The notes under the pieces: generated by a model | Seen by the model: the letters and a program-made list of their open reading frames with translations, nothing else | The model's database searches: none | What the model was told of the DNA's origin: nothing | Shown: one piece after another, positions 13,863-26,033 of the stretch | Layout: each line of letters begins with the position of its first letter | How positions within the stretch are numbered: position 1 is the stretch's first letter | NCBI RefSeq assembly: GCF_041146345.1 | Contig: NW_027191409.1 | Span: 124,001 to 188,000 of the forward strand | Source of the DNA: Neodothiora populina | Lineage: Eukaryota | Direction: 5' to 3' | DNA: 64,000 bases | Position numbers and translations under genes: made by a program

Positions 13863-15129
13863 ATGCTCTTCCAAAAGGTCTTCTATGCTGCGCTCGCCAC
13901 AACTGGTGCTTCGGCGCAGTCGATGAACTTGGCTGCCGCACTCAACAGTACTGGCAACTTCAGTTGTTCTGCAGGCGTTGCTGACCGCGTACCCTAACAT
14001 CGCCGCGAGCTTGAACAATGCCACCAATGTCACGGTGTTGGCTCCCAGTGACAATGCCATTGGCGCCTTCTTGAACACGAGTGCTGGTGGACTTGCGGCT
14101 GCTGATGAGGGCTTCTTCTCGGCTCTGCTGTACATTGTGACTGCCAAGGCGTGATGTTGCATACTGACACTTCCCAGCTCGTACCACATTCTCAATGGCA
14201 CCATCTACGCAGATCAGATCACCAACACCAGTCAATTCGTGCACACTCATCTCACAAATGCCACCTATGCAAACGTGACTGGTGGACAGGTTGTCGAAGC
14301 CATCAATGCTAATGGCAATGTGACCTTCTTCTCTGGCCTCAAGGACAATATTACTGTCTCGCAGGCCAACATCAACTTCACCGGCGGTGTGATCCACGTC
14401 ATCGATAGTCTCCTGAAAGTCCCTCAGAATCTCTCAGTCACTGCGCAGGCTGCGAACCTGACCGCTCTCCTTGGCGCGGTTCAGAGTCTCAACCTCACAG
14501 AGACACTCTCTGGACTGAGCGACTTGACCATCTTTGCACCCAACAATGCAGCCTTCCGGTCAATTGGCTCGGCTCTCAGCAGCGCAAACACTAGTGAACT
14601 GGTCAACATCATTTCGTACCACGCTGTCAACGGAACTGTTGCATACAGCTCTATGCTGAGTAACACCACGCTTACCACTCTTGGCGGTCAAAACCTCACC
14701 ATCAGTATCGTGAACGGTAGCGTGTACGTAAACAGCGCACGCGTGGTGAACCCTGACATCCTCACCAGTAATGGTGTTGTCCATGTCATTGACAAGTGAG
14801 TACCACGAAATCTGCGGTATCCATAAGACGTTACTAACCGTGTCCACCAGCGTGCTCAACCCCAACAACACCTCTGCAGCTCCAGAGACACCACTGCCAC
14901 AGCTCCTGCAACACCGGCATTCACTGGTGCCAGCTCAGCCACTGATGTGCCATTCACCTCTGGTGTAGCTACCCCGTCCAGCAGTGGTCCAGCGGCCGGA
15001 ACCGCGACCACGAGTGGAGCCGCCGGTGCCGGTGCAAGCAGTACTTCCTCAGCAGGTGCCGCTATGAAGACTGGTGCCGTCGGTGCTGCCGCAATCTTCG
15101 GAGGAGCTGCATTCTTGGCTAATTGGTAG
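13863..15129 (+). CDS. Secreted, probably GPI-anchored double FAS1 fasciclin protein with two apparent frameshifts (introns 14130-14177, 14796-14850)
   Basis: Signal peptide; TVLAPSDNA and TIFAPNNAAF H1 motifs; YH motifs; GVIHVID and GVVHVID H2 motifs; S/T/A-rich stalk and hydrophobic tail. Frame breaks at about 13965 and 14885. Confidence 0.88.
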
Positions 15130-15569
15130 ATGTGACGTTGAGCAGAGTGGCAAGGAGGGAAAAGAGATTCCCGGTTTTTTTGCTTGTCGATAGTCGACTG
15201 TACCTAATGAGAGTGCCATGTCTTTCTTGATTATTGTCAAATTGTTGTCTGTAACCTGCTCTGCACTAAATTCATTCAAACACCACCATCAGTCTTAAGG
15301 CTGCTTGTAGTCATGAAGATATAATGTAGTCTAAAAGCCGCCAAAGTCCGTGCCAAGGTTGTGCCTCGGTCAAGAACGTCACCTTTCCCGCTTCCCGGGC
15401 GTAGCAATAGAGCGCAGTGCAGTAAAGGGTAAAGCAGCTTAGCTCGAATGGCTTATCGGGGATTCGTTATTCATTTGCCATTCACCTTGACGATAATACT
15501 CTACAGATAGAAGAGGAGTGCAGGAAAGTGCGTACACAAGGCTGCGCAACAATCAAAGCAAGCCGTGTG

Positions 15570-18394
15570 ATGCAGTCATCGTCAGCTCAACCACGAGCAG
15601 GACAAAACTCCCCTCCACAGTCGCCCACGGATACCGATAGGAATAGAAAGCGGAAGCGAACATCCAGATCGACGCCTACTCCGATAACAGCAGCAACTGC
15701 CACTTCTACTTCGGCCGACAAGTCGACTACTTCTGGCAGGCAACCGACCATTCAAGGACTGCTCTCCACGCAACAGATTCAACCCCGCGTCGGCCACCAG
15801 TCTCCCAATAACAAGAGATCAAGGCAGGAACAACTCTCGGCGACCCCGCCACACAACTCTTCTTCATCCTTCTCTCAATCTCTCCCTGCCGGAGCTATGT
15901 ACTCCTTCCCCAGCAAATATGACAACAAGAAGCCTGCCACGGTAGATCTCACAAAGTCTCCCCGGGCGCGAAGACCGAGCACCGTCGGTGGCGGATACGC
16001 AATCCAGAGCAACTTCAACCCTCACGCCGGAGCCAAGAAGCTGCTGGTCAAGAACCTGAAGCCCCAGTCGGCATGGGATGCGAACAAGTACTTCGACCAG
16101 ACATGGAAGCAATTAGACGCCGCTCTCACGACTATTTTGTCCAATGAGCCCCTCAATTTCTCCATGGAGGATATGTACCGCGGCGTGGAGAACCTGTGTA
16201 GACAGGGCCGGGCGAGGGATGTCTATCAGAAGCTGGCTCAGACTTGTTCTTCGCACATCAACGACACTGTCAGGACTGCTTTATTATCCAAGGCTAGACA
16301 AAGCAATGTCGAAACCCTGCAGGATGTGCTGGTGGCCTGGTCGTCGTGGAACGCTCAAGTCATCACCATCCGTTGCATCTTTTACTACATGGACCGTTCA
16401 TATCTATTGCAATCATCAAAGTCATCGCTGCAAGACATTGCCGTGAACATGTTCCGCGATGGCGTCTTCAACAACGAGACGCTCAAACCCAGAATCATCG
16501 ATGGAGGTTGTGATCTCATCGCGGCAGACCGAGCGGAACAGCAGTCGGACAGGTCCATCCTGCGCCAGGCTATCGACATGTTCCATGACCTGGCGACCTA
16601 CACAAACAGCTTCGAGCCCCGCATGTTGGCCTTTTCTCAGACATATGTCATGCAATGGGCAGAGCAGAAGAGCACCGAGCCTGTGCCGGATTACGTCAAG
16701 GCCGCCAGCGATCTCATGTCCAGAGAAGTCGAGAGGTGCGACTTGAACAGCCTGGATTTGAGCACGAGGCGAGACTTGCTCGCTCTGTTGGAGGACCACT
16801 TGATCGAAAAGAAGGTGGACTATCTCACCGACCAAGACGCCATAGCCGACCTGCTCGATACGTATGCCAAGGACGACCTCGAGAAGCTCTACAACCTGCT
16901 GCAAAGAAAACGCATGGGCGCCAGGATACGACCCGCTTTTGAGGACTGGATCGAGCTGACAGGCAAGGACATCATCTTCGATGAGAAAGCACAGGAAGAG
17001 ATGGTGGTGAGGTTGCTTGGCATGAAGTCCAGACTCGACACCATCTGGCGTACCTCTTTCCATCGCGATGAGCAGTTGGGTCATGCCATGCGTGAGTCGT
17101 TCGAGAAGTTCATCAACACAACCAAAAAGGGAGCAAACACATGGGGAACCGACAACTCCAAGCCCGGAGAGATGATTGCCAAATACGTCGATCAGCTGCT
17201 ACGTGGAGGATCCAAGGCAATTCCGGCTCGACTCACGGCAGACAGACGCGAAAGCCTTGCCGCAAACGATGTCGAGGACAACGAAGACCACATGGACGAA
17301 GACAGCGAAGTCAACTCGCAGCTCGATCAGGTGTTGGACTTGTTCCGTTTCGTGCATGGCAAGGCTGTGTTTGAAGCTTTCTACAAAAAGGACCTGGCTC
17401 GTCGTCTTCTCATGGGCCGTTCAGCGTCCGCCGACGCCGAGCGCAGTATGCTCGCTCGTCTCAAGACAGAGTGTGGTGCCGGCTTCACACAGAATCTCGA
17501 ACAAATGTTCAAGGACGTCGAGCTGGCTCGTGAGGAGATGTCGTCTTACAAGTCACGGATGGAAGAACGACGACTGGAGAAAGGAACGGACAAGCCTCTT
17601 GACTTGAGTGTCAATGTGCTCTCTGCGGCAGCCTGGCCCACATATCCAGACGTTCCGGTCAGGGTGCCACCGCACATCAAATCCGCCATCGACTCGTTCG
17701 AGCAACACTACAAGAGCAAGCACAGTGGGCGCAAGCTGGAATGGAAGCACGCACTGGCGCACTGTCAGATGAAAGCCACATTCGCCAAACAATCCAAAGA
17801 ATTGGTCGTGTCATCCTTCCAAGCCATTGTTCTGTTGCTGTTCAACAGCCTCGGCAAAGACGAACACCTCACCTACGACTTCATCCGCTCCGAATCAGGG
17901 TTGCCTGAAGCGGAAGTGAACCGCACCCTGCAGTCTCTGGCATGTGCACGACTACGGCCTCTGACGAAGCACCCCAAGGGAAAAGACATCAACCCAACCG
18001 ATACGTTCACGGTCAACACAGGCTTCACCCACGACAAGTACCGCATCAAGATCAACCAAGTGCAATTGAAGGAGACCAAGGAGGAAAACAAGGAGACGCA
18101 CGAGCGTGTGGCGGCGGACCGGAACTTTGAGTGTCAGGCGGCTGTTGTCAGGATCATGAAGAGCAGAAAGACGATTGGGCATTCGGAGCTGATTGCCGAG
18201 GTCATCAAGGCTACGCGGAGCAGGGGTGTGTTGGATGTCAAGGATATCAAGAAGAACATTGATCGGTAAGTCTTTTTCTCCGTTTCCTTCTCATCTCTAG
18301 TGAGAGAGTAACGACTAATCTTTTTGCTCCTAGATTGATCGAAAAGGACTACATGGAGCGTGAGGAGGGAAACACGTACAGCTATATCGCTTAG
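15570..18394 (+). CDS. CUL4: Cullin-4 (intron 18266-18333)
   Basis: GAKKLLVKNLK, YMDRSYLL, LFRFVHGKAVFEAFYKKDLARRLL, neddylation motif VRIMKSRK; last exon LIEKDYMER...YSYIA. Confidence 0.95.
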
Positions 18395-18409
18395 AAGACC
18401 GAACACGAC

Positions 18410-18449
18410 GAAGAAGAAGAAGAAGAAGAAGAAGAAGAAGAAGAAGAAG
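18410..18449 (+). repeat. (GAA)n microsatellite in the CUL4 3' UTR
   Basis: About 13 perfect GAA units. Confidence 0.95.
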
Positions 18450-19007
18450 GGTTAATGAGCCAATGCAAATATTATCAACATTTCTGACAATGATGAATGA
18501 CTGTTGTTCGACTCAAAAGAATAGGATGCAAGATAATTGTATAATTTTGTGTTCATCCGGTTTCTGGAGATCTCAACATGACTCGGCGCGTTTCTCGAGG
18601 TTCGTTCCGCACCTTCCTTCTACGTCTGACTGATGAGCGCAGCTGCTTTTCTAGTCTTTCTAGTAATCCGAGCATCGCAAAGGTGAGCGGGGCAACTACT
18701 GTTTTCTTCTCTCCTGGCGAACGCCACGACGATCCTCTCATGTCTTTCTTTGCTGTCCTCGTCATCTCTCTGGTTTCGTTCTAGAGACGGACGGTGATAC
18801 TGATATACCACACCAATCATTCTCCTTTCCTCCAGCTTTCAGCATGAGTCGTTGCTTGCCTGCCTGTAGCCTCTATACCGAGCTTTCGAATGCGCCATCG
18901 TAGGGGTGGTATGACCGCGTGGCGCGAAAGATCATTCGTATCCATTCCGCCATGAGCAGCTTGCCCCTGACCAGAAGTTCGAAGAGGAGGATAGGAAGTC
19001 AAATCCC

Positions 19008-19642
19008 TCATCGCTTGCCCTTCTTCTTCTTCTTATTCTTACCACCACCATTACCCGCAGCCCCAGGTGTCGTCGTCGTCGTTTGTCCCGTCGCACTCGC
19101 TACAACCTGCTGCACAGCCTCGACAGCGCCCCCGACCACATCCTTCATCTCTACATCCTCTTTCTTGTCAGAAACAGGCTCCTCAACACTAGCCCCCGGC
19201 ACCGCAGCCATGAAGCCCGCCAATCTACCCAACGAAGCGATCAGACGTCCGACCTCTGCTGACTTCTGGGTTTTGTATTTCAGACATGTTCCCGAGACTG
19301 GGTCGTAGGTCTTGAGCTCCAGGTGCGCGGGTTGGGGTTTCGTCGTCGTCGTCGTTTCTGTTTGTGACGTGGCAGTAGAGGTGGTGCGTTTGGCGAGTTT
19401 TTTGGCGTGGCGCTCGGTTTGGCGCGTTGAGGGAGTTGCCGAGGGGATGTGGTATTTGGTGGTTATGCGGGTCTTTTTTTGTTGGCTGGGTTAGTTCTTT
19501 TTCTTCTCTTTTCTTTTCTGCTGATATGAGGGAGAGGGAAAGGGAGAGGGAGAGGGAGAGGTAGACTCACGGTTGACGGTCGGGCTTGGAGCAGGAGCGC
19601 TGATTGGCGCTGCCATTCTTCGCTTGTCGCGAAGTAGGACAT
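19008..19642 (-). CDS. SRP21: Signal recognition particle SRP9/SRP21 subunit (intron 19570-19473)
   Basis: MSYFATSEEWQRQSALLLQARPST|TRITTKY...LELKTYDPVSGTCLKYKTQKSAEVGRL; Lys-rich tail. Confidence 0.88.
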
Positions 19643-19981
19643 TGTTCTGCTTTTTTTCTTTCTCCTCTTCGTTCTTTTGGGTTTTGTGCTCGTAGAGGGG
19701 TGGCAATGGACGTTGCGCTGGGTATCTTTGTGACAGTCGTTGACGTTAAGAGCTTCGATCAGGCACTGTACCGTATGTGGTGCAGCGGAGGGGACAAACA
19801 AGAATTGCGGAGGTGGGGACCGGATTTGGCAGTTCTAGCCGAGTACGTCGAACCAGTCATACATCATATATAAATTGCTTGGAATCGAAATTTATATATG
19901 ACTGGTACCAAGCACAGAAGGACTCTCCAAGCATTATAGATACATAGACGAGTCATAAACAAGTCATTCGTTCTCGTCAAG

Positions 19982-21937
19982 ATGTCCGAGAAAAAGAGGG
20001 AGACATCAGGAAGAACCTCAAGATCCAGTGATCTTCTCGTGACCGGCAAAAGTACAAAGAACAAAACAACTCCACCCTCGATGCACGACAAGACAGCAAC
20101 CATATCCCGCGCTCTAGAGTCCACCAGCCTAGAAGACGACAAGCAGAACCGCGACAGCAGCATCAACAGCGCAAACGATGGCGAGAGTAACAAACCCCAA
20201 GTCCCGGTGACGGTCGAAACCCTGCTCGAGCGCTGCACGCTCCTGATCGCCGAACTCGAAGCCTTCAAAGAACACCTCAGAGCCAACAAACAGGACCAAG
20301 TGGTCGAGATAGCGCATTTCAGGAACACGGTCAAGTCGGAGCATCGGACGCTGCAACGGCTTGCTGACCAACAACAACAAACCCACCAGCAGCAGCAACA
20401 GCAGCAACAACAAAACAGCACATCTAGCCATACCACGCAGAACCAGACCTCGGCGCAAGACGAAGCCACGCGCCACACAGTCAACAGCTCGAACCTGCCC
20501 TTCGTCGAGAGCGTATGGGCGGTGGTCAAAGGCACGCGCGGGCTGCAGGCATTGCAGAAGCGCTATTACTGGCACCACCATAGCCACAACCAGCACGACG
20601 GGGACCGGAACAAACCGCAGACGAACAACCCCGGACGGAGCAGGAACCAAGGCGGGAACGCCGCGCGAGGCGTCGACGCCAAGAAACAGTCTGCGCTTGT
20701 CGATGTTGTCGGCAAGGATGGGTTGGAGTGGTATAAAGTCTCGTTGATCACTAATGCGCGGCTGTTGTTTGATAAAGCCAAGCAGGGGTGGGAGATGGGG
20801 ATTGATAGCTCTGATGAGGATGAGGGTTTTGACGATGATGGATCGACGAGTGTGAATGGGGCAAGGAAAGAGGATGACGATCATGATGCGAGCGACGACA
20901 TCCCCCTAATCCGCATGGCCAAAGACCTGCAGAAAGCCGCCTCGAGCGTCCGGATCCGCACTCGACGGCCCACAATCCACCTCATCCTGCCCAAGATCGT
21001 GGAATCTGAAATCCCCGAAATCGACAGCATCATAGCCCACTTACGCGACAGGCTCGACTGCGTCGTCGAAACCGCCACCACCTCGCCTTTTTCCGCATCA
21101 TCTCCGCCGCTGTCAGAAGTGATCAACACCCTCCTGACGAACCCCTTCGCATCCCTGACCCCAGTCCTCAACATCGACTGCACGATCCTGCTCGCGCTTG
21201 TCTCTGACTTCTCGCACGCCAGCGTCGCCGCCGAACCCTGGTTCCATCGCGCGCTGAAGCGGCAGGTCGAAATGGAGGATAGCGAGAACTTGCTTCCCAA
21301 TTTACTCTATCCTGCTCTAGAGGGCAGGGAGTTGGTTTGTACGAGCGAGGCTGCGACGCGCATGAGGGAGATTGTGGATACGATTGGCACGAAGGGGGAG
21401 AGGGCGAGGACGAGGTTGTTCATGGAGTTTGATGATGATGCTGATGATGATGATGCTTCTGTCTCTCGGGACGATCAAGGGAGAGCAATGACCCGCGCCG
21501 AGGAACTACAGCTCTGGTCCAAATTCCAGGTCCCGCCCACGCTGCGTCTGCCGATCAAGACCGTGCTCTCGGGCATCGAGGTGTCGAACCTGAATCTCAC
21601 GACGGAGCAAGTGAACGAGCTCGCCTCTTCCTCTCCCGCTCTCACTCCTGCGACGGAAGCACGACAACCTGATGCTGCTGCAACAAGCACGACAGTCCTG
21701 AAAGGATCTCTTCCCCTTTCGGCAGAAATAGTGAAGCCCCACCTGACAACCATCAACCAGTCCGTCTTCCTGCACGGCTGGGCGACACACCGCACGACGA
21801 TAACGTCGAATCGGACGGTGGTGCGGCAGATTGATAAGATTCTGGATCAGGTTGCGGTTTCGGAGGCCGAGTGGCCGAGTATATGGCTTTGTCCTACCGC
21901 GCGCAGTTTGGTGGGCAAGGAGAAGGGGAGGCAATAA
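19982..21937 (+). CDS. DUF1308 / C7orf25-like protein
   Basis: 651-aa ORF with SSNLPF, LVDVV..DGLEWYKV, LNIDCTILLALVSDFSH, TITSN, ARSLVGKEK; poly-Q insertion. Confidence 0.8.
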   Translation: MSEKKRETSGRTSRSSDLLVTGKSTKNKTTPPSMHDKTATISRALESTSLEDDKQNRDSSINSANDGESNKPQVPVTVETLLERCTLLIAELEAFKEHLRANKQDQVVEIAHFRNTVKSEHRTLQRLADQQQQTHQQQQQQQQQNSTSSHTTQNQTSAQDEATRHTVNSSNLPFVESVWAVVKGTRGLQALQKRYYWHHHSHNQHDGDRNKPQTNNPGRSRNQGGNAARGVDAKKQSALVDVVGKDGLEWYKVSLITNARLLFDKAKQGWEMGIDSSDEDEGFDDDGSTSVNGARKEDDDHDASDDIPLIRMAKDLQKAASSVRIRTRRPTIHLILPKIVESEIPEIDSIIAHLRDRLDCVVETATTSPFSASSPPLSEVINTLLTNPFASLTPVLNIDCTILLALVSDFSHASVAAEPWFHRALKRQVEMEDSENLLPNLLYPALEGRELVCTSEAATRMREIVDTIGTKGERARTRLFMEFDDDADDDDASVSRDDQGRAMTRAEELQLWSKFQVPPTLRLPIKTVLSGIEVSNLNLTTEQVNELASSSPALTPATEARQPDAAATSTTVLKGSLPLSAEIVKPHLTTINQSVFLHGWATHRTTITSNRTVVRQIDKILDQVAVSEAEWPSIWLCPTARSLVGKEKGRQ

Positions 21938-22135
21938 GTTTATGCTCTGAGCTGATGGTAATCAGATAGGCTGGTGGTGGAGGAGAGGCCTGTGAAAGGA
22001 AAAGGAAAATAGACTACAAATGGAGAATTCTTTCTTCTTTCTGTCTGCTTTTGTGCTCTCGTCTCATGTGCAGCTCGGTGGAATATCACCTATTCATGAA
22101 GTCGTGCTTCTACTCTCTTTTCGCTTTTGCTCTGT

Positions 22136-22557
22136 CTACCTCAGGTGCGGCTCGGTGAAGTACCACGGTTCCCTGCCCTCGTACTCCCCACCAGGAAGCT
22201 CGAATGGCACTTCTACGACATCGCTGAATGTCTTCTCTAGCGATGTCGTGGCCCGCCAATCCCCGTCTTTTTCTTTGCCTTTCCCCACGCCGATCACCTG
22301 CTCCTTGTTATCAACACTGCCGCTTTGCTTTTGTATCTGTTGTTTCTCAACAGCTGCAGGTGCGACCACAGGCAGCAAAACGCCACACTCCCAGTTCCGG
22401 CAATTAATCTTCCACTCCTTGCGGCTCCGGTCCCACACCACTTTGCCCCATGCGCTTTCGGACATGTTGGCGCTGCCGGCGTAGATCCATGCTATTGCTT
22501 CTTCTGAATCGCCGTCTTGTTTCGATTCGTTATTTTTGTCTTTGGTGCGGCTGCTGA

Positions 22558-22588
<31 letters not shown>

Positions 22589-24040
22589 CTTACTGCTGGC
22601 CGCAAAGAGAGTGGCTTGTGCCGCTGTTTTCTCTTTTAATGGACGACGACCTCGTGCGAAGAGCAGCTTGTTGTGACTCAATAAGCCTCGTCGCACAGAC
22701 TTGTAGTCCCTGAAGCACTCTCTCGGAAACACATTGCCGGCACTCTCGAACCAGCGTCTCTGTAGACAAATCGTGCCTCCGTTATCCACGCCGCCTGTGC
22801 TGTTGCGCACTGTGTCCAGGGTCGGAAAGTAGATTCTGATCTTGTCTCTTATGTTGTCTACTGTCTTGGTCTTGGTTGCAGAAGAAGACTTGGGCGCTGG
22901 CGGACTTAGATCTGTGGCGCCTCGTGCGGCCGCGTGAAGTGCAAGCAGAAGACTATTGTTCAGAGAACCTATCGACGAGGCGGCAAAGTCTAGCTGTAAA
23001 TCTGCTTCGGTGGCCAGACCTTGCTCTCTGACTGCTTGGTTCAGGCTCATCAACCCTGTCCGCTGCATGTCCTTGCCCCAGGCTGCGCCGCCGACGGAAT
23101 GCACAAACGAGATGTTCTTTGTCGCACTAAAGTCAAAGTTGCATATGCCTTTCAGCACACTGTCGTCAAGTCCTTGCTTGGTGAGAAAGTAGATGAGCTC
23201 TCTCCTGAACGAAGTCGACTTTTCTTCCTCTGCTCCGTCGATTTTGTCTGGTGCAGCTTCATCGGGTAGGCGTGGCAAATCGATAATGAACACGGAATTC
23301 TCCATGATCCCCGTCTCCCCCCAGTCGTAACTCATCAAGTTCGCCGAAGGCACCGCCACACGCAGTTTGTCAGGATGAAACAGCAGCATCAGCTTCGAGT
23401 GCATGCAATTGATCTGACCCTCCATTGACGGGAAACATAACCGAAGGCTCTTCCGTAACGGTTCCGTTTCCTTGAGCATCTGATCACGCAGGGATTGCTC
23501 CTTGGCTTGCATGACAAAGATAAGCTTGGTCTGAGGCAGGTTGATCTTGGACATGACCCAGTTTATATCCCATTGGAAAGCCGAAAGCACAGCTGTGCGA
23601 AGAGTGTGCTTCTCAAGCACTTCTTCGATCTTGATGTCCTTGTCTGTACGTGCATGGCCAAATGCCCAGGTCTTTTTCACGACGCCTTTAGGAAACCTGA
23701 GAGCCGTAGAAGCAGAACTGGCAGGTTCAGGTATTATGGCAACATCAGGAGTTGAGGCCACTTTGGTAGATGATGGCGGGGACGGAGAGTCAAGGTCAAG
23801 GACTCGTGCAGCTTTTGGCAGGTCCGATGAGTCCTCATCAGTCGACTGTGAAGAGATCACGATTTTCACATCTTCGTCTTTCACGCTGCTCACTTTCGCA
23901 ATCTTGGCTGGCCGTGAAAGAGATGGAGGAGTAATGGATCTCTCGCGCTTACGATCAGAAGTACCTCTTCTTGCAGCGAGCCTAGCGAGTCTTTCTCTCT
24001 CCATCTGAGCACGATCGCTAAAGCCAGGTATCCCAGACAT
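22136..24040 (-). CDS. Tyrosyl-DNA phosphodiesterase (TDP1-like, PLD superfamily)
   Basis: Two HxK motifs (CMHSKLMLL, LLSHNKLL), SANL, SSIGSL, GSANMSESAWG, NWECGV. Likely start MSGIPG at 24040. Confidence 0.9.
22551..22586. repeat. (CTG)n microsatellite, poly-Ser in the TDP1-like protein
   Basis: Tandem CTG units with one interruption. Confidence 0.85.
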
Positions 24041-24813
24041 TTTGTGTTTGCTGGACGGTGTCGTGAATAATCTGTTTCTACTGTACCTGCCTGAAGAAAG
24101 GCAGTGTTTTGGCAGGAACGAGGTGTTGCCGAGGACAACCCTCCAGTAAGCTCGGGTCTTGCAAGGATTAGTCACAGCAAGTGAACGCATACGACAACTC
24201 GATTGCCTGGAAAAGTGAAAGTAGTGCTATTGCATTAATGCTGATGACTGCCACACAAGCAGATGTGAGTTGCATGCAAACATTATCCATCCACTCGGTT
24301 AACGATACCCTGACTAGTACGAATCGGGCAGTTTGAGTGGTAAACCTCCGTCTGGAGAAATTTATATTTTACTGGGGGTAGACAGACACGTACCTTGACT
24401 ATACAGTACGTTATAGTAGCTCGTTGCGGGAAAGTTGCCTTAAGCAATCGTATAGCACAACTACGACAACGGGCCGGCATTGTAGATGTCTCCCGTGCAT
24501 AAGATGATACTTCTGGACATGCATGCAATGCTCCCAACACTACGGTCCAACTGCTGCTTCTGAAGCACATTGCGTTCTGGCACTTTTTGTACTGCACGGT
24601 AGTTGTAACTGTCTGAGGCCACAAATCGTCTTGGAACAGACAACAGACTGGCTTTCATACTATCAAAATCAATATGAGCAAGGTACTATACAAATTTGGT
24701 AATTTTATTTTGGTGTGATTGGTGGTATTGTACAAAGGCAAGACAAGAAGAACGAAGCGTTTTATCGGGACAAGCAACAATTTTGTCGATTGCTGTCCTA
24801 TCATTATCAGACC

Positions 24814-25815
24814 TCAAGACGAAGCCTCATAAGTGACCTTTGCGCCCTTGAGATCGGACACGTGCTTGCCCAGGACATAGTCCAAGGCTCTCCTCTCAAT
24901 GACGACTCTGCCCATCTCCAAAAGATCCTTGACGTCGACCTCTTCGACCTGCAAGACCCTGGCCTCCTTGCCCATGCCGGGTGCGTCAAGGGCCTCGACA
25001 AGGTTCGGTCGAACATGCCTGGTCACGAAAAGCGACCTGCCGTCCTTGTTACCCCAGCCCTGCCAGTTCAGCAACTCCCTCATCCATCGCGCAGAACCAG
25101 GGCCCTGCCTCTCGATCTCCAGCGCGTCCTCGACGACAATCAATTGCCCTCTGCGGTAGCGGTAACTCAGCGCTACTCGCCACGCAAGATCATAGATAGC
25201 GCGAGGCAGGTCGGTGCTGAAATCACGAGGCTTTGGGCCGAAAGCCACACCTCCTCCCTTGAGCATGGGTGACTTCTTGTCGCCCAATCGAGCCTTTCCC
25301 GTTCCCTTTTGAGGTCTGACTTTTCGGTTGGAGCCGTGGACTTCGCTGCGCCATTTCGTTGATGCTGTGCCTTGTCGTGTTGCGTCGCCCTCGAAGACAA
25401 CTGCGCGGTGGAGGATGTCTTTCCGCAACGGCACCAGGAGATGAGTGGAGGGGTAGTGGACGACCGTCTTCGGCTCGAGGTCAGGGAAGGAGTAGAGAGT
25501 CGTCAGAGCGGTGGATAAGAATGGGTTTGCGGGCGGTGGAGCGGGTCGTGATATCGTCGCCGTTGCCGGACCAGCGGTGGAGTGAGGAGGCGGTTGTGTG
25601 TATGTCGCCTCGACGGACCGAGAAGAAAGAGATGAGTCTGAGATTGGCGAAGAACTCGTCGTCGTCGCCATTGATCGGGAGAGGAATGGCTGCGATTATA
25701 GAATTAGTATGACGGTCCTGCAAAAAGCCATTGCGGCTGCTCTTCGTACCTGCAGTCTTCCTGCAGAAACAGAGGAGAGCCCTCTCGTGGGATCTAACAG
25801 TCGTCTGGCTGCCAT
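24814..25815 (-). CDS. YML6: Mitochondrial ribosomal protein uL4m (intron 25749-25690)
   Basis: RQGTASTKWRSEVHGSNRKVRPQKGTGKARLG...GGGVAFGPKPRDF; spliced presequence MAARRLL. Confidence 0.93.
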
Positions 25816-26033
25816 TTGGTGTATATATGCAATTGTACAAGTATGGTTGTGGGCAGATAACCAAGGTAAGATATGGGCAAATGGCCTTCGGAGGTGCAGC
25901 GGAGGCGGCAGTCGCGTCGCCGAAAAAGTTGGTCTTGGCATAAAGTTGCAGAAGGCCAATTATTGCTGGACGCTTGCTGGAGTGGTTTATTGTCCATTCT
26001 TTTGGTCAATACACATTCAAGTCGAAATCAGAC

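Noticed and set aside
13948..13963. 16-nt GT...AG micro-intron that would repair the first fasciclin frameshift
   Set aside because: Too short for a fungal spliceosomal intron and lacks a branch site.
18553..19000. Short ORFs or ncRNA between CUL4 and SRP21
   Set aside because: No recognisable protein or RNA motif; consistent with 3' UTRs.
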